Shown piece after piece: positions 62,273 to 64,000 of a stretch of 64,000 nt of DNA (position 1 is its first letter; every line of letters begins with the position of its first letter). The notes beneath the pieces were generated by a model. The model made no database searches. It worked only from the letters and a program-made list of their open reading frames with translations, and was not told where the DNA came from. Position numbers and translations under genes: made by a program. The stretch is from Mobula birostris (Eukaryota): the NCBI RefSeq assembly GCF_030028105.1, contig NC_092376.1, positions 109,986,230 through 110,050,229 of the forward strand, read 5' to 3'.

Positions 62273-63334
62273 ACTGCGCTGCCATCTATAATGGAATGAG
62301 CACTGAATCAAATCCAGCTTCCTATGCAAATGCAACTAAAGATACATGTAGTTTTCTCGGGGACAGGGTTGGGTGGGCAGGTGGGGCAACGGATTTTAAA
62401 TTGGAATAATCAGGCTAGCCAACGTTGGAAGGTAGTGGGTCTCTCACATTGGTTCAGGGGAGAATTTTGTTCAATAATTGGCCATATCCTCCTTGACTAA
62501 GTCTGCCAATCAGAGTCTCTCACAGCCACATACTTAATTTACCAACTTGCACGAAAGGACTAAAAAGAAGTGAGTGAAAATATTTCATAGGTCTAAATAT
62601 CTTTTGAAGTTCTCTTAATTCTGGAATCAAATGTTTACAGTATGAGATTAAATGAAGAAAGGTGAGAGATGCCAGTCAAAAGTTTAAGTTGAAACCAGCA
62701 AATTACTATACTGTATTATTAAGGAAAAATAGCTAAACATCTGGAAACCTTGCAGCACATCAGGGAAAGCATGCATTTAGAAATGTCAGCTCATATTTCT
62801 CATTATCTCATCTAAATTATTAACATAACCTGAAGCTCATGAGATTAAATGCAATCTATTGACTTTTCAGGTAATTGGTTGTGCAGTTTGTGACAGGGAG
62901 TTGCTAACCAGAAATGTCTCGCCATTTGTGTCTCACAAAGATCTATGCTGATGAACTATTCATGGCACTTATTAATGATGTAGATTGTAGACTTGAAAGT
63001 TACATCCAAATTTGCCAATGTGATAAACGAAGGCAGGATGGCAAAAGGGCTGTATTAAAAGATAAAATGATCGCAAAGAATTTTGGCAATGGATTATATT
63101 GTAATCAAATGGGAAGTCATATATTTTGGACCTAAAAAAGATAGTTTATTATTGACTGTTTATTATTTATCAATGGTTTAAAACCTAGAAAATTTGGAGG
63201 TTCAAAGAAATGATGAATGCAGGATCGTTAACAAATCAAAGAGGTACTGAAAGGTTCCCCTTTCCATTCAGAGGCTTACTTCAAAACAGATAGATGTTAT
63301 GCTACAGTTAGATAGAGTATTGACATATTAACAC

Positions 63335-64000
63335 CTCAAAGTTCAATATAACTTTATTATCAAGGTACATATATGTCACTTAGACAACCTTGAGATTCAT
63401 TTCCTTGCAGGCATGCTAAGTAAATACAATAACCATAACAGAATCAATGAAAGACGGCATCAACAGGGTAGGAAACCAACGTGCAAAAGGCAACAAACTG
63501 TGCAAGAAAGATGAAAAGAAATAATAATAATAAATAATAAATATTGAGAACATGAGGTGAAGAGTCCTTGAAAGTGAGTCCATAGTTTATGGGAACAGTT
63601 TAGTAATGGGGCAGGTGAGGTTGAGTGAAGTTATCCCCTCTGGTTCAAGACCCTGATAGTTGAAGGAGAATAACTGTTTCTTAACCTGGTGGTGTGAGTC
63701 CTGAGGCTCCCATACCTTCTCCCTGATGGCAGCAGCGAGAAGAGAGCATCAAAAAGGATGGCAGGGGTTCCTGATGATGGATGCTGCTTTCTTGCGCTCA
63801 AAGGTAGGGAGGGGTTTATCTGTGACAGATTGGGCCATATCCACTAGTTTTTGTAGGATCTTCCATTTAAGGGCATTGGTGTTTACATATAAGTCTATGG
63901 TACAGCAGTCAATGTACTCTCCACCACACATCTATAGAAGTTTGTCAAAGTGTTAGATGTTACGCCGAATCTCCACAAACTCCAAAATAAGTAGAAGCAC
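63335..64000 (-). mobile_element. Rex1/Babar-like LINE 3' end, runs off the window
   Basis: Minus ORF LQKLVDMAQSVTDKPLPT..KKAASIIRNPCHP plus the shared 3' UTR. Confidence 0.85.

Overview
AT-rich, repeat-dense vertebrate DNA. The repeat repertoire (CR1 and Rex1/Babar LINEs, HE1/V-SINE-like tRNA SINEs, palindromic Penelope-derived elements) suggests a cartilaginous fish, probably a ray (inference). I recognise no host protein-coding exon, so this looks like a long intron or intergenic region; the recognisable ORFs in the track are decayed transposon coding sequence. Main elements: a near-complete CR1 ORF2 (48955-51774), an internally deleted CR1 (21467-23562), a full-length but inactivated IR/DR Tc1 (44790-46379), two solo LTRs with exact 5-bp TSDs, a decayed Gypsy gag-pol relic, a Tx1/L1 fragment, three hAT-type non-autonomous elements (one with an apparent 6-bp TSD) and RTE-derived non-autonomous elements. 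The most interesting structure is a family of about 190-310 bp inverted-repeat retroelements, several flanked by 12-15 bp TSDs, whose centre carries a minimal hammerhead-ribozyme motif of the Penelope type. Coordinates were read by eye; boundaries of decayed elements are approximate.
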